Of a DNA stretch of 64,000 bases, positions 8,883 through 19,534 are shown one piece after another. The DNA comes from an uncultured delta proteobacterium (GTDB lineage: Bacteria > Myxococcota_A > Polyangia > Polyangiales > Polyangiaceae). The stretch's first letter is position 1. Each line of letters starts with the position of its first letter. Under the pieces are notes generated by a model. It saw nothing but the letters and a program-made list of their open reading frames with translations. It was not told the DNA's origin and searched no databases. Where the stretch lies: assembly GCA_963696385.1 (NCBI GenBank), contig CAVOKF010000005.1, positions 1,216,001-1,280,000 on the forward strand, read 5' to 3'. The translations under genes were made by a program, and so were the position numbers.

Positions 8883-11045
8883 TTACCAGGCAGCCAGAAT
8901 TCCGTCGACGCTTTGCTTCGGTACTGCGAACGTGGCGTTGATTCCCGATACGCGGGCGAAGTACTCCTCGAACGGTCCGATGCGTGTGAGGGCGCCGACC
9001 GTGATGCGCCGGTCGGTCGGCGGTCCACCGCCGCCGTGATTGGAGGCTTCAATCTCGAGGGTCGGTTGGTCGAAACCTTCGCCGGGCAACGGCCCGCCGG
9101 GGTGAACGGCATCCTGGGCGTAGAAGGCGCCGATCGCCCTGGCGAGCTTTTCGTCCGACCCGGAATCGACGTCCTCGTGCGCGTGTGTCAGGTGGCCCCG
9201 CGCGCCGTCGAGCACGCATCGCGCGCCGCCACGCACGAGCGTGAGGCTTGTGAGATCCGCCGGGTCGAGGCGCAAACGCGCCCGGTCGATGGCTGGGTGG
9301 GAGGCCAGTAGACGCAGGGAAGCGGGAGCCACGAGCACCGCGTCCCCGTCGAGGGTCCGCGCGTAATCGCCGCCGTCGTGAGCTCCGCCGAAGATCAAAC
9401 CGACGTGCGCGGCCGTTCCTGCGTCGCCGGCCGACGAAACCGTCAGGACCACCGAACACGGCGCCGGATGTCGGAGGCCGAACGTACCGTCGTCGCTCTC
9501 GGTGATCCAAGCGTCCGCCTTCGCTCGGGCGAAGGCGTCGGCCAGATCGGCGGCGGTGGGCGCATCGGCGGAGAACCCTGCCGGAGCGCGCATCGTCCAC
9601 CGGCCGTCGCGCAGCTCCAACCGCTCGGGTTGCGGCCCGCACGAGTCGTCGATGGCGACGACGTCCGCGGGATCGATGGGTTTCGCCCAGAGGTCTCTCG
9701 TCCGGAGTGCGATCGGATGGGGCTCGAACCGTCGCGCCACCTCGCGCGAAAGCCGCACGACGGCACCGTCGTCGTTTCGGCGTCCGACCGTGATTCCGTC
9801 GGGACTGGCCGCTCCTAAGTCGATGACCTCCGCCGTGCCGCCGGCCGTGCGAACCAACGTGGCGCGCGCGCGGATCGGGAAGTGCTCGCCGGGCCGCGAC
9901 CTGCGCACGTCGATGGCACGGGCCCGCGCGAGATCGCCCAGCAGTGCCTCGGCGGACTCGCTCTCTCCAGGGGTCAGGTCGCGCTCTTCGGGCGCACGCT
10001 CGTGCCACCCGGAACCGCGGCGGGCGAGATCCACACGAGAACCCGCGTCCCCGAGGGATTCGAGGCGCAGCTCTTCGACTTCGTCGCCGTGTGCGGCGAG
10101 GAGGCGGTCGTCGACGAGCGTGTCCGTCACGCTCGTGAGACCGTCGAAGACGTTCTTTGCTACGCATGCCGACAGAGTCGTGGGCTCCGTGCGCGAAACG
10201 ATCACGTCGCTCGCGCGGTTCGGGCAAGGACCACCCACGAGGAGCCGCAGGAGCGGGCGATCGGCGTTCCGAGGCCAGAGCGCTACGGTGAGACGGGCGC
10301 CTGCGGCGGCAACCGTCCGCGCTGGGTCGTCCACGAACGTTTCGACGCGCGCGTCGGCCAGTGCCGCGAAGACGCGGTCGACCGCGGCGCGCGACGCACG
10401 AAGCCCGTCCGTGGCCCCGACGCGGAACCCGCTTTCGCTCCGCTCGAGCGTATAGCTGCCGGTTGCCCCCTCGACCCGAATGCGGGCCACTTCGCTTGAC
10501 CCGTAGGGCACGAGCGTTCGGTCGCGGTAGGTTTCGGCAGTCCGCAGCAATTGCACCTTGAGGGTGCGGCCGACCACGAACGTGCCTTCGCCTTCGATGC
10601 GCAGGTAAGCGGCCCCTTCGGGCCGCGGAGCATCGGCTCCGAGCGCGAACTCGTAGCGGAGCCTTCCGACCGAGACGCTGCCGCGCATACGGGGCGCATC
10701 GAGCCCAGCCGCGTCGGCGTCGGGCACATCGCGGATGCGCTTCGCGAGATCGAGTTCGCGAAGCAAGGCATCGACCATTCCGGAATCGGCGATCTCGCGG
10801 CGCGGCGACGTCAGAAACCACCTCGTCGTGTCGCTCGGATCGCGCTCGAGTACGAGGTTCTCCGTGCCGTGAGTCAGGTCGACCCTGCGCACGTCGTCGA
10901 CGCGAAGGCTCGGAAACAGATCGGTGCGTCGAGCACTTCGATCGGCGTCCGAAACCGTGCCGCGGTCCACCAAGTACGCGTAGGCCGAGGCGCCCGCCGC
11001 GAGCAGGGCCAGAACGACCGGCGTCAGCGCGCTCTGGACCTTCAT
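8883..11045 (-). CDS. DUF4340-like protein (Gld-like ABC system accessory)
   Basis: N-terminal TM anchor followed by repeated units with W-x-L/M-x-x-P and LRDR-like motifs; last gene of the ABC operon. Confidence 0.7.
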   Translation of the reverse strand: MKVQSALTPVVLALLAAGASAYAYLVDRGTVSDADRSARRTDLFPSLRVDDVRRVDLTHGTENLVLERDPSDTTRWFLTSPRREIADSGMVDALLRELDLAKRIRDVPDADAAGLDAPRMRGSVSVGRLRYEFALGADAPRPEGAAYLRIEGEGTFVVGRTLKVQLLRTAETYRDRTLVPYGSSEVARIRVEGATGSYTLERSESGFRVGATDGLRASRAAVDRVFAALADARVETFVDDPARTVAAAGARLTVALWPRNADRPLLRLLVGGPCPNRASDVIVSRTEPTTLSACVAKNVFDGLTSVTDTLVDDRLLAAHGDEVEELRLESLGDAGSRVDLARRGSGWHERAPEERDLTPGESESAEALLGDLARARAIDVRRSRPGEHFPIRARATLVRTAGGTAEVIDLGAASPDGITVGRRNDDGAVVRLSREVARRFEPHPIALRTRDLWAKPIDPADVVAIDDSCGPQPERLELRDGRWTMRAPAGFSADAPTAADLADAFARAKADAWITESDDGTFGLRHPAPCSVVLTVSSAGDAGTAAHVGLIFGGAHDGGDYARTLDGDAVLVAPASLRLLASHPAIDRARLRLDPADLTSLTLVRGGARCVLDGARGHLTHAHEDVDSGSDEKLARAIGAFYAQDAVHPGGPLPGEGFDQPTLEIEASNHGGGGPPTDRRITVGALTRIGPFEEYFARVSGINATFAVPKQSVDGILAAW

Positions 11046-12625
11046 CGAGGCCGCTCCTCGGGCTTGCTCGCCTCACGCACGACCTCGTACGGCTTGTCTT
11101 CCGACGACTTCCGCCATGCCCACACGACGGCGCCGAGCAAAGCGGCCGCGAGAGGCATCAGCACGAGAACGTAACGGCGGACTTCGTCCCTGCCCTGCTC
11201 GGAGACTCGGATGCCCGCCGAGACCTCGGCGCGATCGGGCACATCCACGAGGGTCGGTCGTGCGGCCAGCCAAGAGATGGCGCTGTCGACGAAGAACGCG
11301 GTGCCATGCAGGGCTCGGGGTTGCCGCCAATTGTCTTCAGCCATCACGTAGCGACTGCCCACGACCACGACCCGCGGACCGTGCGGATCGGTTGCGGCCA
11401 CGCGCGTGCGTTCGGCGGCCATGGCCAAAACGAAAGGTCCGCCCAGATCGTGCGCGTCGCGCGGCGGCGCTTCGTTCCAGGTCGACGCGCCGGCGAGACT
11501 CGTCTTGGCGAAGGCTCCGTCGCCCGTCACCAAGAGGTCGGCGGCCCAGGGCGCACCCGGCGTCCCCAGCCGCTTTAGCGATCGGGCGTAGAACATCGCG
11601 GTGCGTGGCGGGTGCGCGTCCGCGCCGCTGCCGACGAGGCTCGCCGTGACAGGGTGGGGGCGCGCAGAGACAAAGAACCCTTCGCCGTGGGTGTCCGGAA
11701 CGGCGACGGCAGGGTCGAGGTCGTGCACGAGATCGTCGTCGAGACCGATGCCGAAAGGCGCGAGGGCAGCATCGAGTCCCGCGGCGGCCATGCCCGAGTC
11801 GGTGCTCGCCTCGATCGGGCCTACGGCGGCAAACAAACTTCCGCCTCTCAGGAGCCAGGTCCGAAGCCGATTCGCTTCCTCAGGGCCGAAGGGGGCGCGC
11901 GGTCCGGCGACGACAACCACGCGGCAACCGGTGAAGGGCTCGCGCGCGTCGGGCGCGGCCGTCTCGACACTGGTCAATTCGTAGTTGTCCTTCTGCATCA
12001 GGTCGCGCACACCGCCGAGCCACTCGCTTTCGTCTTTGCCTGGCTCGAGGGACAACTCGCCGTGGCCGACCGTGAAGCACAGCTTCGCTTTCTCGCCGCC
12101 GAACAGACTGCGGATGCCTTGGGTCAGCGCGCGCTCCTCGCGCGGCTTGACGTGGACGTCGTCGGCCTGCTCGACCATGTCGGAGGGCGTCAGAAACCAG
12201 TGCTTGTCGCCGCTCGCGAGGATCACGACCGCGTCGGTGGCGACGCGCCCGTCCTCGGTTCGGCCGGCCTCGAGATTGAAGCGTCGTTCGACGTCCACGA
12301 GCTGCACGGCGTCCCGATCGGGATCGATCCAGTGGACGTCGACGCGCGACGATGCCCCTTGGTAGGCGGTCAGGAGCTGACGCAGACTCGGCTCGAGGGG
12401 GTCGCCCGGCCCGGAGATCGCCCACACGTCGACCGACCGGTCGAGCGCTTGCAGCGTCTCGAGCGTCGCTGGGCTCAGAGACCAGCGCTTGTCCTTGGTC
12501 CAATCCCAGCGAGCGAAGTGCCTCGCCCCCAAGACGTCGACGACGGCGCCGAGCACGACGGCGGCCACGATGCCCAGAAGTTGAAGGGCCTGAGAGCCGT
12601 CCACCGAAACACGGAACGCCTTCAT
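11042..12625 (-). CDS. GldG-family ABC transporter auxiliary component
   Basis: RWDWTKDKRWSLSPAT, IDPDRD, FTVGHGE, VVVAGPRAPF and a C-terminal TM helix. Confidence 0.85.
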   Translation of the reverse strand: MKAFRVSVDGSQALQLLGIVAAVVLGAVVDVLGARHFARWDWTKDKRWSLSPATLETLQALDRSVDVWAISGPGDPLEPSLRQLLTAYQGASSRVDVHWIDPDRDAVQLVDVERRFNLEAGRTEDGRVATDAVVILASGDKHWFLTPSDMVEQADDVHVKPREERALTQGIRSLFGGEKAKLCFTVGHGELSLEPGKDESEWLGGVRDLMQKDNYELTSVETAAPDAREPFTGCRVVVVAGPRAPFGPEEANRLRTWLLRGGSLFAAVGPIEASTDSGMAAAGLDAALAPFGIGLDDDLVHDLDPAVAVPDTHGEGFFVSARPHPVTASLVGSGADAHPPRTAMFYARSLKRLGTPGAPWAADLLVTGDGAFAKTSLAGASTWNEAPPRDAHDLGGPFVLAMAAERTRVAATDPHGPRVVVVGSRYVMAEDNWRQPRALHGTAFFVDSAISWLAARPTLVDVPDRAEVSAGIRVSEQGRDEVRRYVLVLMPLAAALLGAVVWAWRKSSEDKPYEVVREASKPEERPR

Positions 12626-13371
12626 CCCCACCTCCACGCATCGACCGCTCGTGTCGCGACGAACAGCGGCAGGACGATGAGCGTCACGTAAAATACGACG
12701 TGGCGTGAGTCGACCACGCCGCTCGCAAAGTCGTTCATGTGCGCCCACACCGAAACGTAGGCGCAGACGTCGTGCATCACCAATCCTTGCCGAGTCACGA
12801 ACTCGCCGATGCCGAGAATGAAGAGCACCAGAAGAACGAGCGCCGTCCAGATCATGGCCAGAAACTGGGACTGCGTGAGCGCGCTCGCGCAGCAGCCGAG
12901 GGCCAGATACGCGGCGCCCACGAGCCCTATGCCCGTGTAGGCGCTTGCCGCGGCGTGCCAGTCGAGCGTGCCGGTGCGGCCGAGGATCACCAGGTAGAGC
13001 ACCGTCGGCAGCCACATGGCGATGTAGGTCGTCAAGACGGCCGCGTACTTCGCGAGCACGACCGCAGCGCTCGAGACCGGCGCGGTCATCAACGTCTCGA
13101 TGGTGCCGCTCCGACGCTCCTCGGCGAACAGGCGCATGGTCATCGGGGGCACGAGCAAGAAAACAACTAAGTAGAGGAGGACGGTGTTCCCGAAGAATGC
13201 CGACAGAGGCGTCTCGTCGCCGGTCACGTCCGTCTGATGCGCGAAGTGATCGACGAGCAGAAAGAAATGCATTCCCTGCACGATCAAAAACACGACGATG
13301 AGCACCCACGCGAGCGGGGTCACGAAGAACGCAAAGAGCTCGCGTTTGTAGATCGGCCAGAAGGACTTCAT
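12622..13371 (-). CDS. ABC-2 type permease (GldF-like)
   Basis: KRELFAFFVTPLAW and TMRLFAEERRSGTIETLMTAPV...VLAKY; about six TM segments. Confidence 0.9.
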   Translation of the reverse strand: MKSFWPIYKRELFAFFVTPLAWVLIVVFLIVQGMHFFLLVDHFAHQTDVTGDETPLSAFFGNTVLLYLVVFLLVPPMTMRLFAEERRSGTIETLMTAPVSSAAVVLAKYAAVLTTYIAMWLPTVLYLVILGRTGTLDWHAAASAYTGIGLVGAAYLALGCCASALTQSQFLAMIWTALVLLVLFILGIGEFVTRQGLVMHDVCAYVSVWAHMNDFASGVVDSRHVVFYVTLIVLPLFVATRAVDAWRWG

Positions 13372-14390
13372 GGGCCGTCTTCCAGCGGCGCCTCTTTCGT
13401 CAGGGTCTCGAAGACGTCTTCGAGGGAACCGCCGGTCGGCAGCGCCTCTTTCGTCAGGGTCTCGAAGACGTCTTCGAGGGAACCGCCGGTCGGACGAACG
13501 CCGCGCACTCCGAGACGCGCCGTGACAAGCGCCGCCACCGCTTGCTCGATCGCGCGGGCCCGCTCTTCGCCCGCCAACGTCTGGACGAAGCTCACGCGCA
13601 ACCAGGCAACGTCGCCGGCCAATCCGGGGGCCCGGCCGACTCGATCGATGCCGCCGACTTGCCCCAGTGTGCGTTCGGCGACTTCGGAGTCCCCCCGCAC
13701 CTCGATGTCGACGGCGGTCGGATGGCGCATGCCCCGAATCGCGTCGGTCGCACCCTGCGCGACGAGTTTGCCGCGATGGACGACGAGCACCCGTGTTGCG
13801 CACGCTTCGACTTCACTCAGAATGTGGGTCGACAGTACGACCGTGTGCTCGCTTCCGAGTGCGCGGATGAGAGCCCTGGCTTCGCGGATCTGGTTCGGAT
13901 CGAGCCCCGCGGTCGGCTCGTCGAGGATGACGATGGGAGGCTTGCCGACGATGGCGTCGGCCAGGCCGACCCGCTGCCGATACCCCTTTGACAAGTGGCC
14001 GATGCGCTTGTTGGCGACTTCGACGACTCCCGACAGTCGCAACGCGTCGTCCACGTACGCGCTGCGTCGACCGCGCGGAACACGCTTGAGCTCCGAGCGA
14101 AAGCGGAGGTACTCAATCACCCGCATTTCAGGGTAGAGCGGCACCGATTCCGGCATGTACCCGATGCAGCGCCGGGCTTCGAACGAGTCTTCGACGATGT
14201 CGTGGTCGGCAATCGTGACTTTTCCGCTCGTTGGGCCGATGAAGCCGGACAGGATACGAAGGGTGGTGCTCTTGCCGGCGCCGTTCGGCCCGAGGAATGC
14301 CACGACCTCGCCTCGGCCGACGGCGAACGACACGTCATCCACGGCCACGCGGGCGCCGTAGCGCTTCGTGAGGTGGGACACGCGGATCAC
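13368..14390 (-). CDS. ABC transporter ATP-binding protein (GldA-like)
   Basis: GPNGAGKST, LSKGYRQRVG, ILDEPTAGLDP, STHILSEV. GTG start inferred. Confidence 0.93.
   Translation of the reverse strand: MIRVSHLTKRYGARVAVDDVSFAVGRGEVVAFLGPNGAGKSTTLRILSGFIGPTSGKVTIADHDIVEDSFEARRCIGYMPESVPLYPEMRVIEYLRFRSELKRVPRGRRSAYVDDALRLSGVVEVANKRIGHLSKGYRQRVGLADAIVGKPPIVILDEPTAGLDPNQIREARALIRALGSEHTVVLSTHILSEVEACATRVLVVHRGKLVAQGATDAIRGMRHPTAVDIEVRGDSEVAERTLGQVGGIDRVGRAPGLAGDVAWLRVSFVQTLAGEERARAIEQAVAALVTARLGVRGVRPTGGSLEDVFETLTKEALPTGGSLEDVFETLTKEAPLEDGP
13388..13493. repeat. Tandem duplication with 54-bp period (52 bp identical) in the ATPase 3' end
   Basis: 13388-13439 equals 13442-13493 and encodes PTGGSLEDVFETLTKEA twice in frame. 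Confidence 0.95.
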
Positions 14391-14504
14391 GGTGCGGGCG
14401 TTGTAGCGCGGACGGCACGCGAAGAGGGAGTGGAAGCGAAATGCAGGCGTGCCGCCTCGTCGATGCGACCAGGCCGGGTGTGCTAGCAGGCGCACGGCGA
14501 GTCC

Positions 14505-15581
<1,077 letters not shown>

Positions 15582-15799
15582 TGCGCGTGGGCGGTAGACT
15601 CACGGCGAGAGGCCGCGCCACCCTTCGTAGGGATGAACCGCGAGACCTGCGAACGCATCGAACGAACCGAGACGCTTTCGAATTTCGATCTGAGCCGAAT
15701 CGAGGGCCTTCGCAGAAATGCCGCACAACGTGGTCACGGGCTCTTCGCGACAGACCGTCTCCATGGCGACCACTACCGATCGCGTCTTCGCGTCGGAAC

Positions 15800-15955
15800 C
15801 CCTGGCACGGCGCTCCTCTACTCGACCTACCTTGGCGGTAGCGACAACGATCTGGGCAACCGGATTGTCGTCGATGCCTCGGGGAACGCGGTCGTCGTGG
15901 GCGAGCTCGGGGCCGGTTCGACCAACTTCCCGACGGTCTCGCCCATCCAAGGTGC
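15800..15955 (+). pseudogene. Isolated beta-propeller (SBBP-type) repeat remnant
   Basis: ALLYSTYLGGSDNDLGNRIVVDASGNAVVVG...STNFPTVSPIQG is a single SBBP-like blade inside an otherwise non-protein-like ORF (15633-15995). Confidence 0.65.
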
Positions 15956-16081
15956 GGAGGACTGGCTATTCGACTCGTGCACTATGCACGCATAGGGATC
16001 GACATCTCGAGATTTTGCGACGACCACCCGAGTCACTCTTGCCCTCACCCGCGTAAAACCAGGTGAACGGGTACAGCGGGC

Positions 16082-16636
16082 CTAATTGCCGGCGACGCGG
16101 AACGAGGCGCTCACATCGATGTCGGGCTTGACCGTTACGCCCAGATAACTCGGCACGTTGATGCCGAAGTCATTCATATTGAGCCGGAATTTCCCTTGGG
16201 CCGAGTTTACCGTGCCGTCGCTCTTGGCCGTATAATGGACGGATACGGGGTGCGTCTGACCGTGGAGGGCAAGGGATCCGGCCACGTCGGCGTCGACCTG
16301 ACTGCCGGCAGCGGGAACTTTCAATGCGCTCTTGGCAACTGTGAGAATCGCCGCAGGATACTTGGCAACCTCCAAATACTTTTCCCGCATGTGATGGTCG
16401 CGAAGCGAGATGCCCGTCCCCAGGTTTGCCAGGGCTACCGAGATGACGACGTTGCCGTTTGCCTCGGAGACGGAAAGATCGGGCGTTGTCCCTTCGATCT
16501 TGAAGCCTGCGGGGCCCGAGGCGTCGAATGTGACGTGTGTATCGCTCGCGGACGACAGAGCGGCATGACCCATGGCACTGACGCTCGCGAGACCAAAGGA
16601 GCCTGTAACGATCCAGAGACGCAAATGTCGCCGCAT
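16082..16636 (-). CDS. YceI-family lipid/polyisoprenoid-binding protein
   Basis: Signal peptide, TGISLRDHHMREKYLEVAKYP, GSLALHGQT, DFGI. Confidence 0.88.
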   Translation of the reverse strand: MRRHLRLWIVTGSFGLASVSAMGHAALSSASDTHVTFDASGPAGFKIEGTTPDLSVSEANGNVVISVALANLGTGISLRDHHMREKYLEVAKYPAAILTVAKSALKVPAAGSQVDADVAGSLALHGQTHPVSVHYTAKSDGTVNSAQGKFRLNMNDFGINVPSYLGVTVKPDIDVSASFRVAGN

Positions 16637-16806
16637 GGTGTTGCCTCCGCGCCGCGTGGGCTTGCGACGCACAGGCGAAATACTAGCAGCGTCGACGTCG
16701 CGGCAAGTCATTTGGGACGCGTCTCCCACATTACTGTGGGAAAAAGTACGAACGCGCGCATGTAACCAGGTCGCGACCGGAGCGTATGCTGGTCGAGGTG
16801 TCGCTC

Positions 16807-17484
16807 ATGAAGCCTGGCGTGATCTGGCTGGTTCCGCTCGCTCTCTCTTGCCACACGGCGACGGCCACGACGGGCGCGGCGGCTCAACCGCCGTCGGCGA
16901 AGCTCAGCCCTGCTTCTTCCGCAGTTCCGGCTGTCGACCACGTGGGCACAAACCCGGGCCACGCGGGCAACGGGACCCCGCTCGTGCCGACGGGTCATGA
17001 TGCGCTTGCGGCCTTCGCCGCAGGCTGCTTTTGGGGCATCGAGGACGCGTACCGTCACGTGCCCGGCGTGGTCGCCACGGCGGTCGGCTACGCGGGCGGG
17101 CACACGAGCGATCCGGATTACGAAAAGGTTTGCACGCATTCTACGGGCCATGCCGAAACCGTTCTCGTCGAATACGATCCGGCTCGGATTCCGTACGAGC
17201 AGTTGCTCCGCGTATTCTGGAAAATTCATGATCCAACGCAAGTCGGCGGTCAGGGCCCCGACTTGGGCGACAACTATCGGAGCATCGTCTTCACGTTCGA
17301 CGCGGCTCAGGCTGCCTCCGCGCGCGCGTCGATGCGGGCCGAGCAGAAGCTCAACGACAACCCCATCGTGACCGAAATTCGCCCGATGGGAACGTTCTAT
17401 AAGGCCGAGGCGTACCACCAGCAGTATGCCGAGCGAACGGGACACCACGGCTGCCCGATCCGAGTGCCGGTCGAGGCGCTTTGA
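16807..17484 (+). CDS. msrA: Peptide-methionine (S)-S-oxide reductase, exported lipoprotein form
   Basis: GCFWG, VGYAGG, TGHAETV, HDPTQ, FYKAEAYHQQY; N-terminal LALSC lipobox. Confidence 0.95.
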   Translation: MKPGVIWLVPLALSCHTATATTGAAAQPPSAKLSPASSAVPAVDHVGTNPGHAGNGTPLVPTGHDALAAFAAGCFWGIEDAYRHVPGVVATAVGYAGGHTSDPDYEKVCTHSTGHAETVLVEYDPARIPYEQLLRVFWKIHDPTQVGGQGPDLGDNYRSIVFTFDAAQAASARASMRAEQKLNDNPIVTEIRPMGTFYKAEAYHQQYAERTGHHGCPIRVPVEAL

Positions 17485-17485
17485 A

Positions 17486-19261
17486 TCACACGACGCGGGG
17501 CAGGGCGCGGGGGTGACCCACGGCTTTGCGTTGGAGCCACGCGAGATAGACCAGCATCCCGGCAATGCCGACTGCAAACAGCACGAGCCCCGCGTTCATC
17601 CACCGGGGCCAATAGCGAACGTGCACGTGATGACGGCCCGCTGGCAGTGCGACGACGAGTTGCTTGCGCAGCTCGGCCGTCGTGCCGATGTCGGTCTGCC
17701 AACCGCGGTCGTAACCGCTGTTCAAGAGGATGAGGGTTGGGCGACTCACTTCGGCGTCGAACGCGAACGTATTCTGAGTTCGACGGACATTGTGCACGAC
17801 GGCAGCGTCGTCTTTCGCGCGGGCTTGCGGGTAGTCGCCCTCCCACAACGGCGCGCCCGCGGAAAAGGCCCATTCTTCCCAACAGTCGAGTCGGCCTCGA
17901 TTCTGCTGTGGCTGATCGATGAACGACGCCAGCCCGGCGCCTCCGATGTACAGCCGCGATGACGGGGGCACGGCGCGGCTCGGCGGTTCGTGGAAAAAGC
18001 GCTCGCACCAGTCGGTCTGGACGCTGATCATGTCGCCGACGCCGATGAACGCAAGCCCGCAGAGCGCGGTCCAAACGGCCTTCGGCCAGGACGGGTCGCG
18101 CGCCCAGCGGCGCGCCAGGCGGTCCAACCGGTCGAGCGCGATTCCGGAGAAGGCAGCCAGGAACACGGTCGCCCAAGCCACGAAGCGCGATGGTACGCGC
18201 AGCTCTTTGAATGGGAAAACGTGCCCCTTCAGGAGCGACCAGGGAGCCACCTTGGCGAAGTGACCGAGCATGAGGCTGAATGCGAGGACGAACAGCGCCA
18301 CGAGCCACGCGCCTTGGCCGGCCGACAACAGCAATCCGACCGTGGCGAGCGCGAGCACAAAGGGACCGAGATAGTCGGCGTACTCGGTCCAGACATATTG
18401 CTGGCCTTCGACCGGACGGTCATGATCGCGCCTCAAAAAAATATCCTTGAGGGTGTCCCAGTGCATCCGATCGGTTTCGGTGCCCAAGCTGCGCGTGTGC
18501 CATCGGAGTTGATCGATGACCGGCAAGAAGCGAGTCGCTCCGACCGTCATTGCGACGGCGAGCACCATGAGTCCTGCCATCGCGATGCGCGGAAGGCGTC
18601 GCCAAGGCCAACACCGGGTCAGCGTTTCGGCTCCGAGCAGAAGGAGAGCGTGGGCGAGGGGGTATACGCCTCCTTCGTGAATCATCACGGCGACGACCAG
18701 GCCGAGGCCGACGGCCGCGCGATGGTCTTGCTCCGCGCGTCGCCACAAGAGGAGCATCAGGGGCGCGTAGAAAAACGGCACCCAGTTGACCCCACCCCCC
18801 GTCGTGTGGTGCCAATGAACGCCGGCAAAGGCCCAAACGGCTGCGGCTACGAATGTCGATGGCCCCGACAGTCGAAGCTCGTGCCGAGCGAATAGCCACA
18901 TGCACACGAAACCGATCGCCGTGTGTACGACGTACCAAATCTCGATCGCGCGCGTGCTACCGACCCACGGCATGATCCAGAGAAGCGGGGCTGCGATGGG
19001 CGACTGCGGATTGTCCCAGAGCGGAACGCCGCCGCATTCGTAGGGGTTCCAGAGCGGCAATTCGTGATAGCGCGTGACGCTGACGCGTCCCGCCTCGATC
19101 ATTTTCTGGAAGAACTGACCATCCCCCCACTGCGTGTTCGGGTAGAGCTCGAGCATCGGATGCCACGCTGCGAGACTCAGGATGAGGCCCAACGCGCCGA
19201 TGGCCGCAAGGCGAACCGACGGGCGGGAGCTCAGCGCGCGCACGGACGATCCAGGACTCAT
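17486..19261 (-). CDS. YfhO-like GT-C fold membrane protein
   Basis: LPLWNPYECGGVP, many TM helices, LRVPSRF and a C-terminal soluble domain (YDRGWQ...LPAGRHHVHVRY). Confidence 0.75.
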   Translation of the reverse strand: MSPGSSVRALSSRPSVRLAAIGALGLILSLAAWHPMLELYPNTQWGDGQFFQKMIEAGRVSVTRYHELPLWNPYECGGVPLWDNPQSPIAAPLLWIMPWVGSTRAIEIWYVVHTAIGFVCMWLFARHELRLSGPSTFVAAAVWAFAGVHWHHTTGGGVNWVPFFYAPLMLLLWRRAEQDHRAAVGLGLVVAVMIHEGGVYPLAHALLLLGAETLTRCWPWRRLPRIAMAGLMVLAVAMTVGATRFLPVIDQLRWHTRSLGTETDRMHWDTLKDIFLRRDHDRPVEGQQYVWTEYADYLGPFVLALATVGLLLSAGQGAWLVALFVLAFSLMLGHFAKVAPWSLLKGHVFPFKELRVPSRFVAWATVFLAAFSGIALDRLDRLARRWARDPSWPKAVWTALCGLAFIGVGDMISVQTDWCERFFHEPPSRAVPPSSRLYIGGAGLASFIDQPQQNRGRLDCWEEWAFSAGAPLWEGDYPQARAKDDAAVVHNVRRTQNTFAFDAEVSRPTLILLNSGYDRGWQTDIGTTAELRKQLVVALPAGRHHVHVRYWPRWMNAGLVLFAVGIAGMLVYLAWLQRKAVGHPRALPRVV

Positions 19262-19534
19262 CGATGGGGCGAGTGAGTCGCGCAGGCGCTCTTGCCGACG
19301 TGGTCGATGACCGGAAAGCCCACGAGTGCGCCGGTCCTCGCCATCCGAGCATGACCTTACCGAGCATCGCCGCGCTGTTCCACATCGCGTTTAGGCGGAT
19401 TCGTTCGGCAGTCCCATGCGGTCGACGGCCGCGGACGTTCGGGGCTGGAAGTGAGCGCGGCAACGGGGCGAGGTGGCGCGCCGTCGAACGCGGTACTATT
19501 CGCTTGGATTGCGAGACGATCGAGCAAGCCCGCT

